NCBI GenBank assembly: GCA_902613615.1
Contig: CACMHQ010000002.1
Location: 80,028-144,027 of the forward strand
Source: an uncultured Candidatus Actinomarina sp.
GTDB taxonomy: Bacteria > Actinomycetota > Acidimicrobiia > Actinomarinales > Actinomarinaceae
Reading direction: 5' to 3'
Length of the DNA stretch: 64,000 nucleotides
Part shown: positions 10,786 to 20,803 of the stretch, one piece after another
Position numbering within the stretch: position 1 is the first letter of the stretch
Layout of the letters: each line of letters opens with the position of its first letter
Position numbers and translations under genes: made by a program
Notes under the pieces: generated by a model
Told to the model about the DNA's origin: nothing
The model's input: the letters and a program-made list of their open reading frames with translations, nothing else
Database searches by the model: none

Positions 10786-12022
10786 ATTATTTCAATTTTT
10801 GAAAATAAGATATTTAGTATTTATACCTATTATCTTATTAATTTTTGTTGCTCAAATAGATAGATATTCTGAGTTAACCTCAAGTGGTACATTTGGTGCG
10901 GCACTAAGACTTTGCATTCCAATCTGTTTGGCTGGTGTAGGAGCAATCTATTCTGAGAGGTGCGGAATTGTAAATATTGGACTAGAAGGAATGATGGTAA
11001 TAGGTACTTGGTTTGGTGCATGGGCAGGTTGGTTTTATGGACCATGGTATGGTGTGTTAGCTGGTCTTCTTGGAGGTGCTTTGTTTGGATTAATTCATGC
11101 AGTTGGAACAATTACTTTTCAAGTTGATCATATAGTTTCAGGTGTAGCAATAAATATACTTGCAGCAGGAGTAGCAAGATTTTTATCTGTTGTTGCTTAT
11201 GCAGATGTTCCTGCTGGAGGTGCAACGCAGTCACCAAGAGTTGATGAGAGAATAGAAAAAATTTCTATACCATATCTTTCTGGTGGGAAAATAAATGAGT
11301 CAGATACCGCAGATGTTTTTGGATCTTTAGAAGCCTTAGATTTATTTTTAATTTCTGATTTATTTGGACTATTGGGAGGATTGACTAGAAATATTTCATA
11401 CTTTTCGATTTTAGCGGTTCTGTTAGTGCCTGTATCTGTATGGATTTTATGGTCGACCAGTTTTGGTCTGCAGCTCAGAAGCGTTGGTGAATACCCTGTA
11501 GGCAGTGAATCAGTTGGAGTAAATGTATATTTAATGAAATATATTGGCGTTACTATTTCAGGAGCATTTGCTGGTCTGGCGGGTGCTTATTTAGTTATAG
11601 AAAGTGCAGGCATTTATAGAGAGGGTCAAACTGGTGGTAGAGGATTTATAGGTCTTGCTGCAATGATTTTTGGTAACTGGAAGCCACTTGGCACATTTTT
11701 AGGTTCAAGTTTATTTGGTTATGCAGACTCTCTGCAATTAAGATCAGAAGAATCAGTCCATGGGCTACTGATAATCATTGTTTGTGTATTATTTATTGTT
11801 GGAATTAGATCATTCATCAAGAAGAATTTGAGAACTGCTATAGTTTCTTTCATTTTTAGTGGTTTATTCTTATTTTGGTTTTTAAATAGCTCGACTATAC
11901 CAAATGAATTTGTATTTTTTACTCCACATATTACGACATTAATTGTCTTATCATTTGCAAGCCAAAGATTAAGAATGCCAAAGTTTATTGGAAAAGCATA
12001 TAAAAAAGGTGAATTAAATTAG
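10778..12022 (+). CDS. ABC transporter permease (BMP-system, second permease)
   Basis: Polytopic membrane protein with an 8-nt overlap with the preceding permease. Resembles NupC-like permeases. Confidence 0.85.
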   Translation: MNRLFQFLKIRYLVFIPIILLIFVAQIDRYSELTSSGTFGAALRLCIPICLAGVGAIYSERCGIVNIGLEGMMVIGTWFGAWAGWFYGPWYGVLAGLLGGALFGLIHAVGTITFQVDHIVSGVAINILAAGVARFLSVVAYADVPAGGATQSPRVDERIEKISIPYLSGGKINESDTADVFGSLEALDLFLISDLFGLLGGLTRNISYFSILAVLLVPVSVWILWSTSFGLQLRSVGEYPVGSESVGVNVYLMKYIGVTISGAFAGLAGAYLVIESAGIYREGQTGGRGFIGLAAMIFGNWKPLGTFLGSSLFGYADSLQLRSEESVHGLLIIIVCVLFIVGIRSFIKKNLRTAIVSFIFSGLFLFWFLNSSTIPNEFVFFTPHITTLIVLSFASQRLRMPKFIGKAYKKGELN

Positions 12023-12837
12023 CTCTTTCCAAAAAATTTAATTTCTTGCATGGCGCATTCTGTAAATGGATTTTGTCCGTTTAATTCCTCACCAGGATAA
12101 GCACTTAAAACTTCTATTTTTATATTGTTGGCATCAGTGTTTAAGTCAATCCACTGTTGAAAATTATCATTTTCAAGTTCTTTTTCAACCTGATAATCAC
12201 TTTGATCCGTCGTAATTCTTATATCTCTAGCCTTAAAATTCCTGATGAATGATGAGCTTTTCTCAGCATTTTGAATCACTATAAATTCAAAATAGATAGT
12301 GTCAGAAAAAGTGAACTCAAGAACAGTATCTTCACATCCAAGGCCATTATCTTGCCACATGGAGTTTGACTCATCGTATAAATTCTCACATGAAAAATCT
12401 TCATTAAAGTTACTTGAAGCTTTGCAAGATATTGGTACTTGGGGTTTTAAATTACTTTGAACAGTAGTGCTGGTAGATGTAATTGTTGTTTGTTCTATAA
12501 CAGCTAGCTCCTCAATAACTTCATCAGCTACTCTACTGTTGTAAAAAAAACTTGCACCTGCAATTAAGGGAACAATTAATGCTAAGAAGAAAACTGCTCT
12601 GATTCCTGGCACTTCTTTTCTATTGGGGAGACTAGTTGCTCCATAACTGCTTAAAGGTTTAACAGGTAGCTCCATGAGCTTTTCGATTCTTTGTTTTTTT
12701 GCTTCTGAAGTATTTTCTGTTGTAACTTCATTAAAAACCTCATCTAATTTTAACCCAAGCCACTCTCCACAACTTGAGCAAAACTCTAGAGTGCTATCAA
12801 CTGTAGCTTGACAGCCTTTACAAGTAATTTTTTCCAA
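12019..12837 (-). CDS. hypothetical membrane-anchored protein with N-terminal double CxxC zinc ribbon
   Basis: N-terminal CKGCQ...CSSCGEW followed by one predicted TM helix (IRAVFFLALIVPLIAGASFFY) and a ~170 aa extracytoplasmic domain. No recognisable family. Confidence 0.55.
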   Translation of the reverse strand: MEKITCKGCQATVDSTLEFCSSCGEWLGLKLDEVFNEVTTENTSEAKKQRIEKLMELPVKPLSSYGATSLPNRKEVPGIRAVFFLALIVPLIAGASFFYNSRVADEVIEELAVIEQTTITSTSTTVQSNLKPQVPISCKASSNFNEDFSCENLYDESNSMWQDNGLGCEDTVLEFTFSDTIYFEFIVIQNAEKSSSFIRNFKARDIRITTDQSDYQVEKELENDNFQQWIDLNTDANNIKIEVLSAYPGEELNGQNPFTECAMQEIKFFGKS

Positions 12838-12916
12838 TTTTTTCCTGTCGATTAATAATAAAATAATACAGTAACATTCGAATAAATAAAATACTCAAAT
12901 AATAAAACGAGTATAT

Positions 12917-13957
12917 ATGAAAAATAATCAACTGATACCAGGACAACCTTTAAGAGAGGGTGTCGACTTAATTGCCGATAAAAAAACTGGAGCATTAATT
13001 GTCGTTGGTAATTCAACAAAATTAGAAAGAATTTCTTCAGGAGGTATCAATCTAACAAATTGTGACTTTACACCAGAAATGTTAGGTGAACTTGCAAAAA
13101 TGGATGGAGCCATTGTAGTTGATCAAAATGTAAATCAGATTTTAAAAGCAAATGTTCATTTAAATCCATCTGACGAAATAGATACTTCTCAAACTGGGAC
13201 AAGGCACAGAACAGCACATAGAGTATCAGTTGAAACGGAGCTAAATGTAATTGCTGTTTCTGATGAATCAGGAATTGTTAAAGTATTTTCAAAAGACGAA
13301 GTTAATGAATTAGAGGAGTCCTCAATGATTCTTGGAAGAGTTAATGAGTCTCTTCAATCTATTGATAGAACCAGAAGAAGATTTGATGATGCTGTATTTG
13401 AGCTAGGTGAATTAGAAGTTGAAAACTCTATAACAAATCAGCAGGTATTGGAGGTTGTTCAAAGGGGGGAATTACTAGGTAGATTATCTGAACAAGTAAG
13501 AAATGAAGCTGAAAACTTGGGTGAGGATTCAGGCTTAGTTATGATTCAGATAGATTCATTAGAGTCAGGTGTTCGACAAACATTAGACCTGGTATTAAAA
13601 GATCATTTACCTACTAGAAAATTTAGGAATATTAACAAAGCTGCTGATGAAATTTCTAACCTAACTTACGAAGAACTTAACTCAATACAAACTTTGGGGA
13701 ACCTTTTGTATATGCAACCATTAGATCAAGTATCAACTCCAAAAGGATATAGAGTTCTTGCAAGATTTCCAGGACTTCCAGATAATTTACATGACTCTTT
13801 AGTGTCAAAATTTAAATCATTACCTAATTTATTATTAGCATCTACTGATAAGCTATTTGAAGTCGATGGAATTGGTAGAAACAGAGCACAACAACTAAGA
13901 GAATATTTTGACACCCTTCTAAAAAACATTGGCTTTAGTTACATAAATGGTAGCTAA
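12917..13957 (+). CDS. disA: DNA integrity scanning protein DisA (diadenylate cyclase)
   Basis: DAC domain motifs DGALIVVGNS, DGAIVVD and TGTRHRTAHRVS. C-terminal helix-hairpin-helix (LFEVDGIGRNRAQQLREYF). Confidence 0.9.
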   Translation: MKNNQLIPGQPLREGVDLIADKKTGALIVVGNSTKLERISSGGINLTNCDFTPEMLGELAKMDGAIVVDQNVNQILKANVHLNPSDEIDTSQTGTRHRTAHRVSVETELNVIAVSDESGIVKVFSKDEVNELEESSMILGRVNESLQSIDRTRRRFDDAVFELGELEVENSITNQQVLEVVQRGELLGRLSEQVRNEAENLGEDSGLVMIQIDSLESGVRQTLDLVLKDHLPTRKFRNINKAADEISNLTYEELNSIQTLGNLLYMQPLDQVSTPKGYRVLARFPGLPDNLHDSLVSKFKSLPNLLLASTDKLFEVDGIGRNRAQQLREYFDTLLKNIGFSYINGS

Positions 13958-13989
13958 ATAGTTTTCAATCTATACTAATGTTTTAATCT

Positions 13990-14544
13990 ATGGCAACAAA
14001 AGCTAAAAAACCAAAGGAAAAATATAAACCAAACACATTTGTTGTTCATCCACATCATGGTGCAGCAAAAGTAATTCGAAAAGTAAATAAAAATGTTGAG
14101 ATTTTTGTTGATGGTGAACCAAAATCAAAAAGAATTCAATATTTTGAAATTGAAGTTTTAATGGATGGTCTAACAGTAATGGTTCCTGTTGAAGCTGTTG
14201 ATGAAGTTATAAGACCAGTAATTTCGAAAAGTGCAGTGTCTAGAAAAGTTTTTCCAATATTTAAGGAAAAACCTGAAGAGGCAGGTACAAACTGGAGTAG
14301 ATGGTACAAAGTTTTAACTGAAAAAATGACATCTGGTGATGTTATACAGGTTGCAGAAGTCGTAAGAGATCTTTCACATGCACAAATTAATAAAGGAATA
14401 TCACCTGCACTTAAAAGAATGCTCGCAAAAGCAAGGATGACTTTAGCAAGTGAAATAGCATGTGCGTTAGAAATAGATGAAGAAGCAGCTGTAGAAAAAA
14501 TTAATCAATATCTTCCAGAGGAAGAGCCAGACGACGGGTTATAA
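13990..14544 (+). CDS. carD: CarD-family transcriptional regulator (RNAP-binding)
   Basis: N-terminal CarD_CdnL_TRCF motif (FKPNTFVVHPHHGAAKVI). Length 184 aa. Sits before ispF/cysS as in Actinobacteria. Confidence 0.88.
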   Translation: MATKAKKPKEKYKPNTFVVHPHHGAAKVIRKVNKNVEIFVDGEPKSKRIQYFEIEVLMDGLTVMVPVEAVDEVIRPVISKSAVSRKVFPIFKEKPEEAGTNWSRWYKVLTEKMTSGDVIQVAEVVRDLSHAQINKGISPALKRMLAKARMTLASEIACALEIDEEAAVEKINQYLPEEEPDDGL

Positions 14545-14567
14545 TCTATTTAAAATACTTTTAGAAA

Positions 14568-15038
14568 ATGTTAATTGGTCATGGTTGGGATTTACACCAA
14601 CATTCAGAAAACAAAACTTTAAAACTTGGTGGTGTCAATTTTGACGAAGAGGGATTTGAAGGACATTCTGATGGAGATATTCTTCTCCATGCACTTTGTG
14701 ATGCACTATTAGGAGCAACAGGAAAAAAAGACTTAGGTCATTATTTTCCATCTAATGAATCTACGCCAAAAGATATTTCAAGTACAGATATTTTTTCAGA
14801 GATTTTAAATGTTGTTGAATATGAGAAATTTTCATTAATAAATGTGGACATAACAATTATCACTCAAAAATTTAACGTACAAGACAAAGCAGTGAAGATT
14901 CAAAATAATTTGTCAAAACTACTTAAGGTTCCTGTAGAAAAAATAAATATTAAAGGAAAATCCTCAGATGATTATGGAATAATTGGAGACCAAAAAGCTT
15001 CATTAGCGATAGTAAGCTTGTTATTAGATGATGCTTAA
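14568..15038 (+). CDS. ispF: 2-C-methyl-D-erythritol 2,4-cyclodiphosphate synthase
   Basis: Motifs GHGWDLH, GHSDGDILLHALCDALLGA. Length 156 aa. Confidence 0.93.
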   Translation: MLIGHGWDLHQHSENKTLKLGGVNFDEEGFEGHSDGDILLHALCDALLGATGKKDLGHYFPSNESTPKDISSTDIFSEILNVVEYEKFSLINVDITIITQKFNVQDKAVKIQNNLSKLLKVPVEKINIKGKSSDDYGIIGDQKASLAIVSLLLDDA

Positions 15039-16428
15039 ATTATATAATTCACTTAGTAAAAAACAGGAAGAAATAAAGATTAATAAAGATGATGTAAGGA
15101 TCTATCTTTGTGGACCAACTGTCCAGTCATCTCCTCATCTAGGACATGGAAGATCAGCTGTAGTATTTGATTTTTTTATAAGGTACCTTAAGTATTTAAA
15201 TTATACTGTACTGTTTGCAAGAAATATCACAGATATAGATGATAAAATAATCGAAAAATCACAGGAAAAAAATATAAGTTATCGTGAACTCGGAGATAAT
15301 GTTTGGAAGGAGTTCGTTTTAGCCCATGAAAACCTTAATTGTTTGGTGCCTGATATTGAACCAAGGGCTACAGCTTACATTCCTGAAATTATCAAATATA
15401 TTCAACAGCTAGTTCATAATGGTTTTGGTTATGTTACAAGTTCAGGGGTTTACTATGATGTTTCAAAATTTGAAGAATATCTTGAGTTATCAGGAAGAAG
15501 TATTGAGGATGTAAGGACTGGTACAAGGGTTGAAACAGAAGATGATAAAAAAAGAGCTGAAGACTTTGCTTTATGGAAATTTTCTAAAGAAAATGAACCA
15601 TCTTGGGATTCTCCTTGGGGAGACGGTCGACCAGGATGGCATATAGAATGCTCAACAATGATTAGTGAAACATTAGGTAAAACAATCGACTTTCACTGTG
15701 GAGGAATAGATCTAATTTTTCCACATCATGAAAATGAGATTGCCCAATCTAAAGGCGTTGATATTAATGAGAATTTTGCAAACTATTGGCTACACAATGG
15801 AATGTTGAACCTGTCAGGAAAAAAAATGTCAAAATCAGATGGAAATGTGAAATTACTAAATGAATATATTGATGAATATGGTGGAGATGTTGTAAGATTC
15901 TTTTTTTTGAGAGCCCACTACAGAGGTCCACAAGAATTTAGTGAGCAGTTGCTTAAAGAGACTAAAAAAACTTTGAGCAATTTAGCTGAATTTACAAAAG
16001 ATGTTGTTGCAGAACCAAATGATGATGATACTGTTGATATTTTTATTAAATGTATGAATGATGACATGAATACTCCAAAGCTTCTTGGAGAAATTTTTGA
16101 AAAAATAAAAGATTCAAATAATTTAGATCAAGAAAATATATTAAAAATTAAACAAACAGTGAAATTTATATTTGAAATACTTGGATTTGAGCTAAATAAC
16201 TCAAAACAAAACAAAATAGAAGAAAAACTATTATCTAAATTTTTTGCAAAATATGATATCCAATTTAATAATATCGAATCTGCAATGAATGAGTTTTCAC
16301 TCAAAAGGGAAGACTTAAGATCAAACAAGAAATATGGTGAAGCTGACAAAATGAGGGAAGATTTATTAGAGATTGGAATAGTCATGAATGATGGTGAAAA
16401 TGTCGGATGGTATTGGAAAAATAGTTGA
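15028..16428 (+). CDS. cysS: cysteine--tRNA ligase
   Basis: HIGH-type motif (PHLGHGRS) and KMSKS (GKKMSKSDGN). Cys-binding CGG...HHENE region present. Length 466 aa. Confidence 0.95.
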   Translation: MMLKLYNSLSKKQEEIKINKDDVRIYLCGPTVQSSPHLGHGRSAVVFDFFIRYLKYLNYTVLFARNITDIDDKIIEKSQEKNISYRELGDNVWKEFVLAHENLNCLVPDIEPRATAYIPEIIKYIQQLVHNGFGYVTSSGVYYDVSKFEEYLELSGRSIEDVRTGTRVETEDDKKRAEDFALWKFSKENEPSWDSPWGDGRPGWHIECSTMISETLGKTIDFHCGGIDLIFPHHENEIAQSKGVDINENFANYWLHNGMLNLSGKKMSKSDGNVKLLNEYIDEYGGDVVRFFFLRAHYRGPQEFSEQLLKETKKTLSNLAEFTKDVVAEPNDDDTVDIFIKCMNDDMNTPKLLGEIFEKIKDSNNLDQENILKIKQTVKFIFEILGFELNNSKQNKIEEKLLSKFFAKYDIQFNNIESAMNEFSLKREDLRSNKKYGEADKMREDLLEIGIVMNDGENVGWYWKNS

Positions 16429-17119
16429 AGGTTATAATTCTGTAATTTCTGCACTAGAAAACAACAGAGTGTTAGAACTTGTAACTCTTGAAAAAAACAT
16501 AGATTCAAAAAAAGTTAAAGACTTAATAGAAATTGCTCAACAAAAAAAAGCAAAAGTTACAAACATCAAAAGTAAAAATGAGTGGAAATTTACCTCAACG
16601 GAGTATGTAGCTGCACTGTGTAAACCCAAAAAAATATATAATGAGTCAGATTTAAAAAAATTTTACACCACAAACTTTATAGTATGTGATCACATTCAAG
16701 ACACAAATAACCTTGGTGCTATTGCTCGTTCAGCTGCATCATTTGATTTCAATGTGATGTGTGTCCCGGAGAGAAGATCAGCCCGATTAAGTGAAAGAAC
16801 ATTTAAGATTTCTTCTGGCGGATTGGAGAAAATAGATATTTTAGAATACAAATCAATTTTTAGTTTATTAAAGAAATTTCAATCTTTGGATATTTGGACA
16901 ATAGGGTTGGATATGTATGGAGAAGTCGATATACAAAGTATAGATTTAGGAAGCCAGAACTTGGCATTTTTTATTGGGTCAGAGGAAAAAGGGTTGAGCG
17001 ATGAAATCAAAAACAAACTTGATAATGTTGTAAGAATCCAAATGTCAAAAGATATAGAGTCTTTAAATGTTTCAGTTGCCGCAGGTATAGCAATGCAACA
17101 TATATTTATAAAAAAATAA
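16388..17119 (+). CDS. rlmB: 23S rRNA (guanosine-2'-O)-methyltransferase, SpoU/TrmH family (RlmB-like)
   Basis: SpoU motifs IVEGYNSV, VCDHIQDTNNLGAIARSAASF and IGSEEKGLS. Follows cysS as in mycobacteria. The start may be a few codons downstream (overlaps cysS). Confidence 0.85.
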   Translation: MMVKMSDGIGKIVEGYNSVISALENNRVLELVTLEKNIDSKKVKDLIEIAQQKKAKVTNIKSKNEWKFTSTEYVAALCKPKKIYNESDLKKFYTTNFIVCDHIQDTNNLGAIARSAASFDFNVMCVPERRSARLSERTFKISSGGLEKIDILEYKSIFSLLKKFQSLDIWTIGLDMYGEVDIQSIDLGSQNLAFFIGSEEKGLSDEIKNKLDNVVRIQMSKDIESLNVSVAAGIAMQHIFIKK

Positions 17120-17157
17120 TTTTTTCAACTTTGATGTTTGCTAATATTTAACTATTC

Positions 17158-17229
17158 GCCGGAGTAGCTCAGTGGTAGAGCAGCCGCCTTGTAAGCGGCA
17201 GGTCAGGGGTTCAACTCCCCTCTCCGGCT
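17158..17229 (+). tRNA. tRNA-Thr (anticodon TGT)
   Basis: Manual cloverleaf: acceptor GCCGGAG/CTCCGGC, D-arm GCTC-AGTGGTA-GAGC, anticodon arm GCCGC-CTTGTAA-GCGGC (UGU), variable loop AGGTC, T-arm AGGGG-TTCAACT-CCCCT, discriminator T. CCA is not encoded. Confidence 0.85.
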
Positions 17230-17233
17230 CAAA

Positions 17234-18079
17234 TTGAATTACTATCAAAATACAATCAGAATCACTTTGTATTTATTGTTGCTCGCACAAGTCACTTTTT
17301 ATTTTTTAGGCTATCTTCGCCCCTCAATAATTTATGACTATATAGATTATTGGCCTATTACGATATTGCCGATTGTGTTAATTACTATTTTTAGAAGAGC
17401 TTCTTTTTTCGAATTGTTAAGAAATATTTTAAATATTTTTTTGATAGTTGTAATTTTAATTTTTTCATTTGGACATTTATTTGATTCAAAATTTTTAACT
17501 ACCTATAAGTTTGATTCTTTTTTTCAAAATAATGAGTTAAGTTCTGATTTTAACTACTCCTTATTGATTGATATTGACGGAAAATTAAATATTAACAGTT
17601 TTCAAGGCAGAGGCTATACAACTGAAATAATTGATGCACCAGGAGATATTGGTTATCCAGAAGCAATAGAGACCGTTCTTGGTGAACCAAGGGCCATAAT
17701 ATTTAGAGAGTTAGAAACTAGTAGTTTATTAAAAGTAAAAGGATGGAACATAAACTTAGGTAATCAAAATATCTGGGAACTAGATATTTTTTCACTTGAT
17801 TCATTTATCAATTTAACAGATCTCAAATTGTTACCCTCAAAACTATCAGGTACTGGTGAAATACTTTTAGGTCCTAATCTTGAAATTGAAGATCTTTCCT
17901 TGAGTGGTAACTATGAAGTAACAGTACCAAAAGACTTATCCATACTTGTAAAAGGTCAGGCACAGGTACCAGATCAATGGCTAAACGCTAGTGTTGGTAA
18001 GCTAAATAACCCTGATAAAACCTATACTGTTGTAATTGAAATTATTGATGGTTCCCAAGTAATATTTAAGGATGGATAA
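17234..18079 (+). CDS. hypothetical membrane protein (3-4 N-terminal TM helices plus a beta-rich C-terminal domain)
   Basis: An 846-nt open frame in a ~1/3-GC genome. It contains no ATG/Met codon, so the start must be TTG or GTG. It is 6 nt upstream of livH. Confidence 0.5.
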   Translation: MNYYQNTIRITLYLLLLAQVTFYFLGYLRPSIIYDYIDYWPITILPIVLITIFRRASFFELLRNILNIFLIVVILIFSFGHLFDSKFLTTYKFDSFFQNNELSSDFNYSLLIDIDGKLNINSFQGRGYTTEIIDAPGDIGYPEAIETVLGEPRAIIFRELETSSLLKVKGWNINLGNQNIWELDIFSLDSFINLTDLKLLPSKLSGTGEILLGPNLEIEDLSLSGNYEVTVPKDLSILVKGQAQVPDQWLNASVGKLNNPDKTYTVVIEIIDGSQVIFKDG

Positions 18080-18085
18080 AACATT

Positions 18086-19003
18086 ATGATCGAACAATTT
18101 GGAAATGGACTATTACTTGGAATAATTATTTCTGTAGCTTCAGTTGCACTTTCTTTACTTTATGGAGTAACTAGGATAGTTAATTTTGCTCATGGAGAAA
18201 TTATTGCATTAGGTGCAATCATGACACTTTTTTTCTCAAACCCTATTGACTCAAGAGTTTTGTTTTTAGATAGATATTCTCCGTTAGGGATGAACTTTAC
18301 ATTTTCAATTATTATTTCAATAATTATTTGTGGTATTTTTGGTGGTTTATTAGAAATATTCTTGTTTAAACCTTTACGTAAATCTGAAGTAGGAAATATT
18401 GCTGTCCTTGTTGTAACAATTGGGCTTTCAATATTTTTTAGACATATATATCTATTATTTGCCACAGGAAAGGTTCAAAACTTTCCCTTAGATCTTGAGA
18501 GAAGACAAACATATCTTTTTTTTGATATGACTCCAAGGAATTTTCAAGTATTAATTGCAGGGTTAGCTGTAATGATCTTTATTGGCTTGTTTCTGTCTTA
18601 CACAAAAATTGGAAAAGCAATGAGAGCAGTAAGAGATTCAAATGAATTAGCAAATATATCGGGTATAAATTCTGACAATATAATTTTATTTACATGGGTT
18701 TCATCGAGTATGCTCGCTGGATTAGCGGGAATTTTTCAAGCAATCATAAATGACGTTAGATACAACATGGGCTTTTTGATTCTTTTATTAATTTTTGCGG
18801 GAACCGTATTGGGTGGTATTGGCACATCTTTTGGTGCAATGGTTGGAGGTTTATTAATAGGAATATTTGTGCAGGTTTCAGTTGCTTTACCTTTCATGGA
18901 AGGACACACTGAGGCAAAAAATGCAGTTGCTCTAGCAATAATGATTTTGATTTTACTTTTTAGACCTCAAGGTATTTTTGGACAGAAGGAAAGAATATCT
19001 TGA
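18086..19003 (+). CDS. livH: branched-chain amino acid ABC transporter permease
   Basis: LivH signature N-terminus (LLLGIIISVASVALSLLYGVTRIVNFAHGE). Confidence 0.9.
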   Translation: MIEQFGNGLLLGIIISVASVALSLLYGVTRIVNFAHGEIIALGAIMTLFFSNPIDSRVLFLDRYSPLGMNFTFSIIISIIICGIFGGLLEIFLFKPLRKSEVGNIAVLVVTIGLSIFFRHIYLLFATGKVQNFPLDLERRQTYLFFDMTPRNFQVLIAGLAVMIFIGLFLSYTKIGKAMRAVRDSNELANISGINSDNIILFTWVSSSMLAGLAGIFQAIINDVRYNMGFLILLLIFAGTVLGGIGTSFGAMVGGLLIGIFVQVSVALPFMEGHTEAKNAVALAIMILILLFRPQGIFGQKERIS

Positions 19004-20061
19004 AAGTTTCTATTAAATTTTTAATCACATTAGCACTTACTGCTGGATCAATTTATCTGGTTTTTGTGTTAAATGAGGAAGGACCGTTTAGGATACTATT
19101 TAATTTATTAACCTTTGCAGGCATATATGGTTTGGCGGCAATTGGATTAAATGTTCACTTTGGTTTAACCGGTTTGTTAAATTTTGGTCATGCATCATTT
19201 ATGGGTGTTGGTGCGTACGTAACTTTATTATTAATTCCTCACGCTGCGGGCAGAGAAGGAGAAATTACCGATACAGGATTAGCTTTTTTCCCTGCATTAA
19301 TTATTGGTATTATCGCAGCCGCACTTTTTGGATTGTTATTAGGATTACCAGCTATCAGGTTAAGAGGAGATTATTTAGCTATCGTTACTATTGCGGCTGC
19401 TGAGATATTCAGATTGCTAGTACGAGACTTAGAATCAATAACTGGTGGTGTCTACGGTATCATAAATTTCTCGGACTCACTTCAAATGTACCGTCCTAAT
19501 TTTGTTGAAAATTTTGCTGAAAATTTTGAATTAAACTCCTCACAGTTATGGGTAGGACTATTATCTTGGATTTCGATTTTTTTTGTTTTGCTTTTACTAA
19601 AGAGATTGACAAACTCTCCATGGGGAAGGGCATTAAGAGCTGTAAGAGAGGACGAGGATGCAGTTAGGGCTTTAGGTAAAAATGCAGTTTGGTTAAAACT
19701 TCAAAGCTTTATGCTTGGGGCAGGTATTGCTGGGTTGGCAGGAGTACTTCTCGCATTTAATTATGGGTCCCTTCAAACAACAACATTTGTTCCTTTATTA
19801 ACATTTTATGTTTGGGCAATTATGATACTTGGAGGAGTTGGAAGTTTGACTGGTCCTATATTTGGTTCAATTATTTTTTGGGTCATTATTTCAGAAACAG
19901 ATAGGTTAGCTTTGCTCATATTTGAAAATGCAAATGGCCAACAATTAGCCGGGGTTCGCTTTGTTTTGGTTGGTTTACTAATTATGCTTTTGATGATTTT
20001 TAGACCTAGCGGATTATTAGGAAAGAAAGAAGAGTTACTTCTAGATGTTAAAAGTTCATAA
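19000..20061 (+). CDS. livM: branched-chain amino acid ABC transporter permease
   Basis: LivM-type permease (GLNVHFGLTGLLNFGHASFMGVGAY). Overlaps livH by 4 nt. Confidence 0.9.
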   Translation: MKVSIKFLITLALTAGSIYLVFVLNEEGPFRILFNLLTFAGIYGLAAIGLNVHFGLTGLLNFGHASFMGVGAYVTLLLIPHAAGREGEITDTGLAFFPALIIGIIAAALFGLLLGLPAIRLRGDYLAIVTIAAAEIFRLLVRDLESITGGVYGIINFSDSLQMYRPNFVENFAENFELNSSQLWVGLLSWISIFFVLLLLKRLTNSPWGRALRAVREDEDAVRALGKNAVWLKLQSFMLGAGIAGLAGVLLAFNYGSLQTTTFVPLLTFYVWAIMILGGVGSLTGPIFGSIIFWVIISETDRLALLIFENANGQQLAGVRFVLVGLLIMLLMIFRPSGLLGKKEELLLDVKSS

Positions 20062-20803
20062 TTTAAAGAAAAGCTTTGGTGGGGTAAAAGCTGTTGATAT
20101 TGATGAAATATTCTTTGAACAAAATCAATTAACATCGATAATTGGTCCTAATGGTGCAGGAAAAACTACATTTTTCGATTTAATTTCTGGATTTATAGAA
20201 GGAGACAAGGGTAAAGTTTTTCTCAATGATAAGAATATAACAAACAGCCAACCATATACAATTGCTCGAGAAGGTATGGTTCGAACATTTCAATTAACTA
20301 AAGTTTTTGACAGAATGACAGTAGTTGAAAATATGATGTTTTCAGGCTCAGATCTAAAAAATGATTCATTATTTAGTTCGTTTATACAACTTCCAGCTCA
20401 AAAAAAGAAAGAAAACTTATTAAGAAAAAAAGCTTTCGATATTATGAAAGACTTGAACATTGATCATATGGCAGATTCTTATGCTAGGGAATTATCTGGT
20501 GGACAGAAAAAGTTATTAGAGTTAGGAAGATCGATTATTTATGAACCAAGCATTCTTCTTTTAGATGAACCATTAGCAGGTGTAAATCCAAAATTAGCAG
20601 AGGAAATATTATCTATAATTCAAAAATTATCAAACAGCGGTATAACAATTTTAATGGTAGAGCACAACATTGAGGCAGTGATGAAAATTTCGGAGCGCGT
20701 CGTAGTTTTGGCAGAAGGAGCTGTAATAGCTGACGGTAGTCCAGAGAATGTTCGCAAAGATGACAAAGTTATCGAAGCTTATCTAGGATCGGGCAATGAA
20801 TAA
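20045..20803 (+). CDS. livG: branched-chain amino acid ABC transporter ATP-binding protein
   Basis: Walker A GPNGAGKTT, signature LSGGQKKLLEL, and the LivG C-terminal extension. Confidence 0.9.
   Translation: MLKVHNLKKSFGGVKAVDIDEIFFEQNQLTSIIGPNGAGKTTFFDLISGFIEGDKGKVFLNDKNITNSQPYTIAREGMVRTFQLTKVFDRMTVVENMMFSGSDLKNDSLFSSFIQLPAQKKKENLLRKKAFDIMKDLNIDHMADSYARELSGGQKKLLELGRSIIYEPSILLLDEPLAGVNPKLAEEILSIIQKLSNSGITILMVEHNIEAVMKISERVVVLAEGAVIADGSPENVRKDDKVIEAYLGSGNE

Noticed and set aside
17120-18085. tRNA-adjacent region considered as a genomic island or integrated element
   Set aside because: No integrase, recombinase, direct repeat of the tRNA 3' end or compositional shift was seen. The downstream genes are the core Liv transporter.
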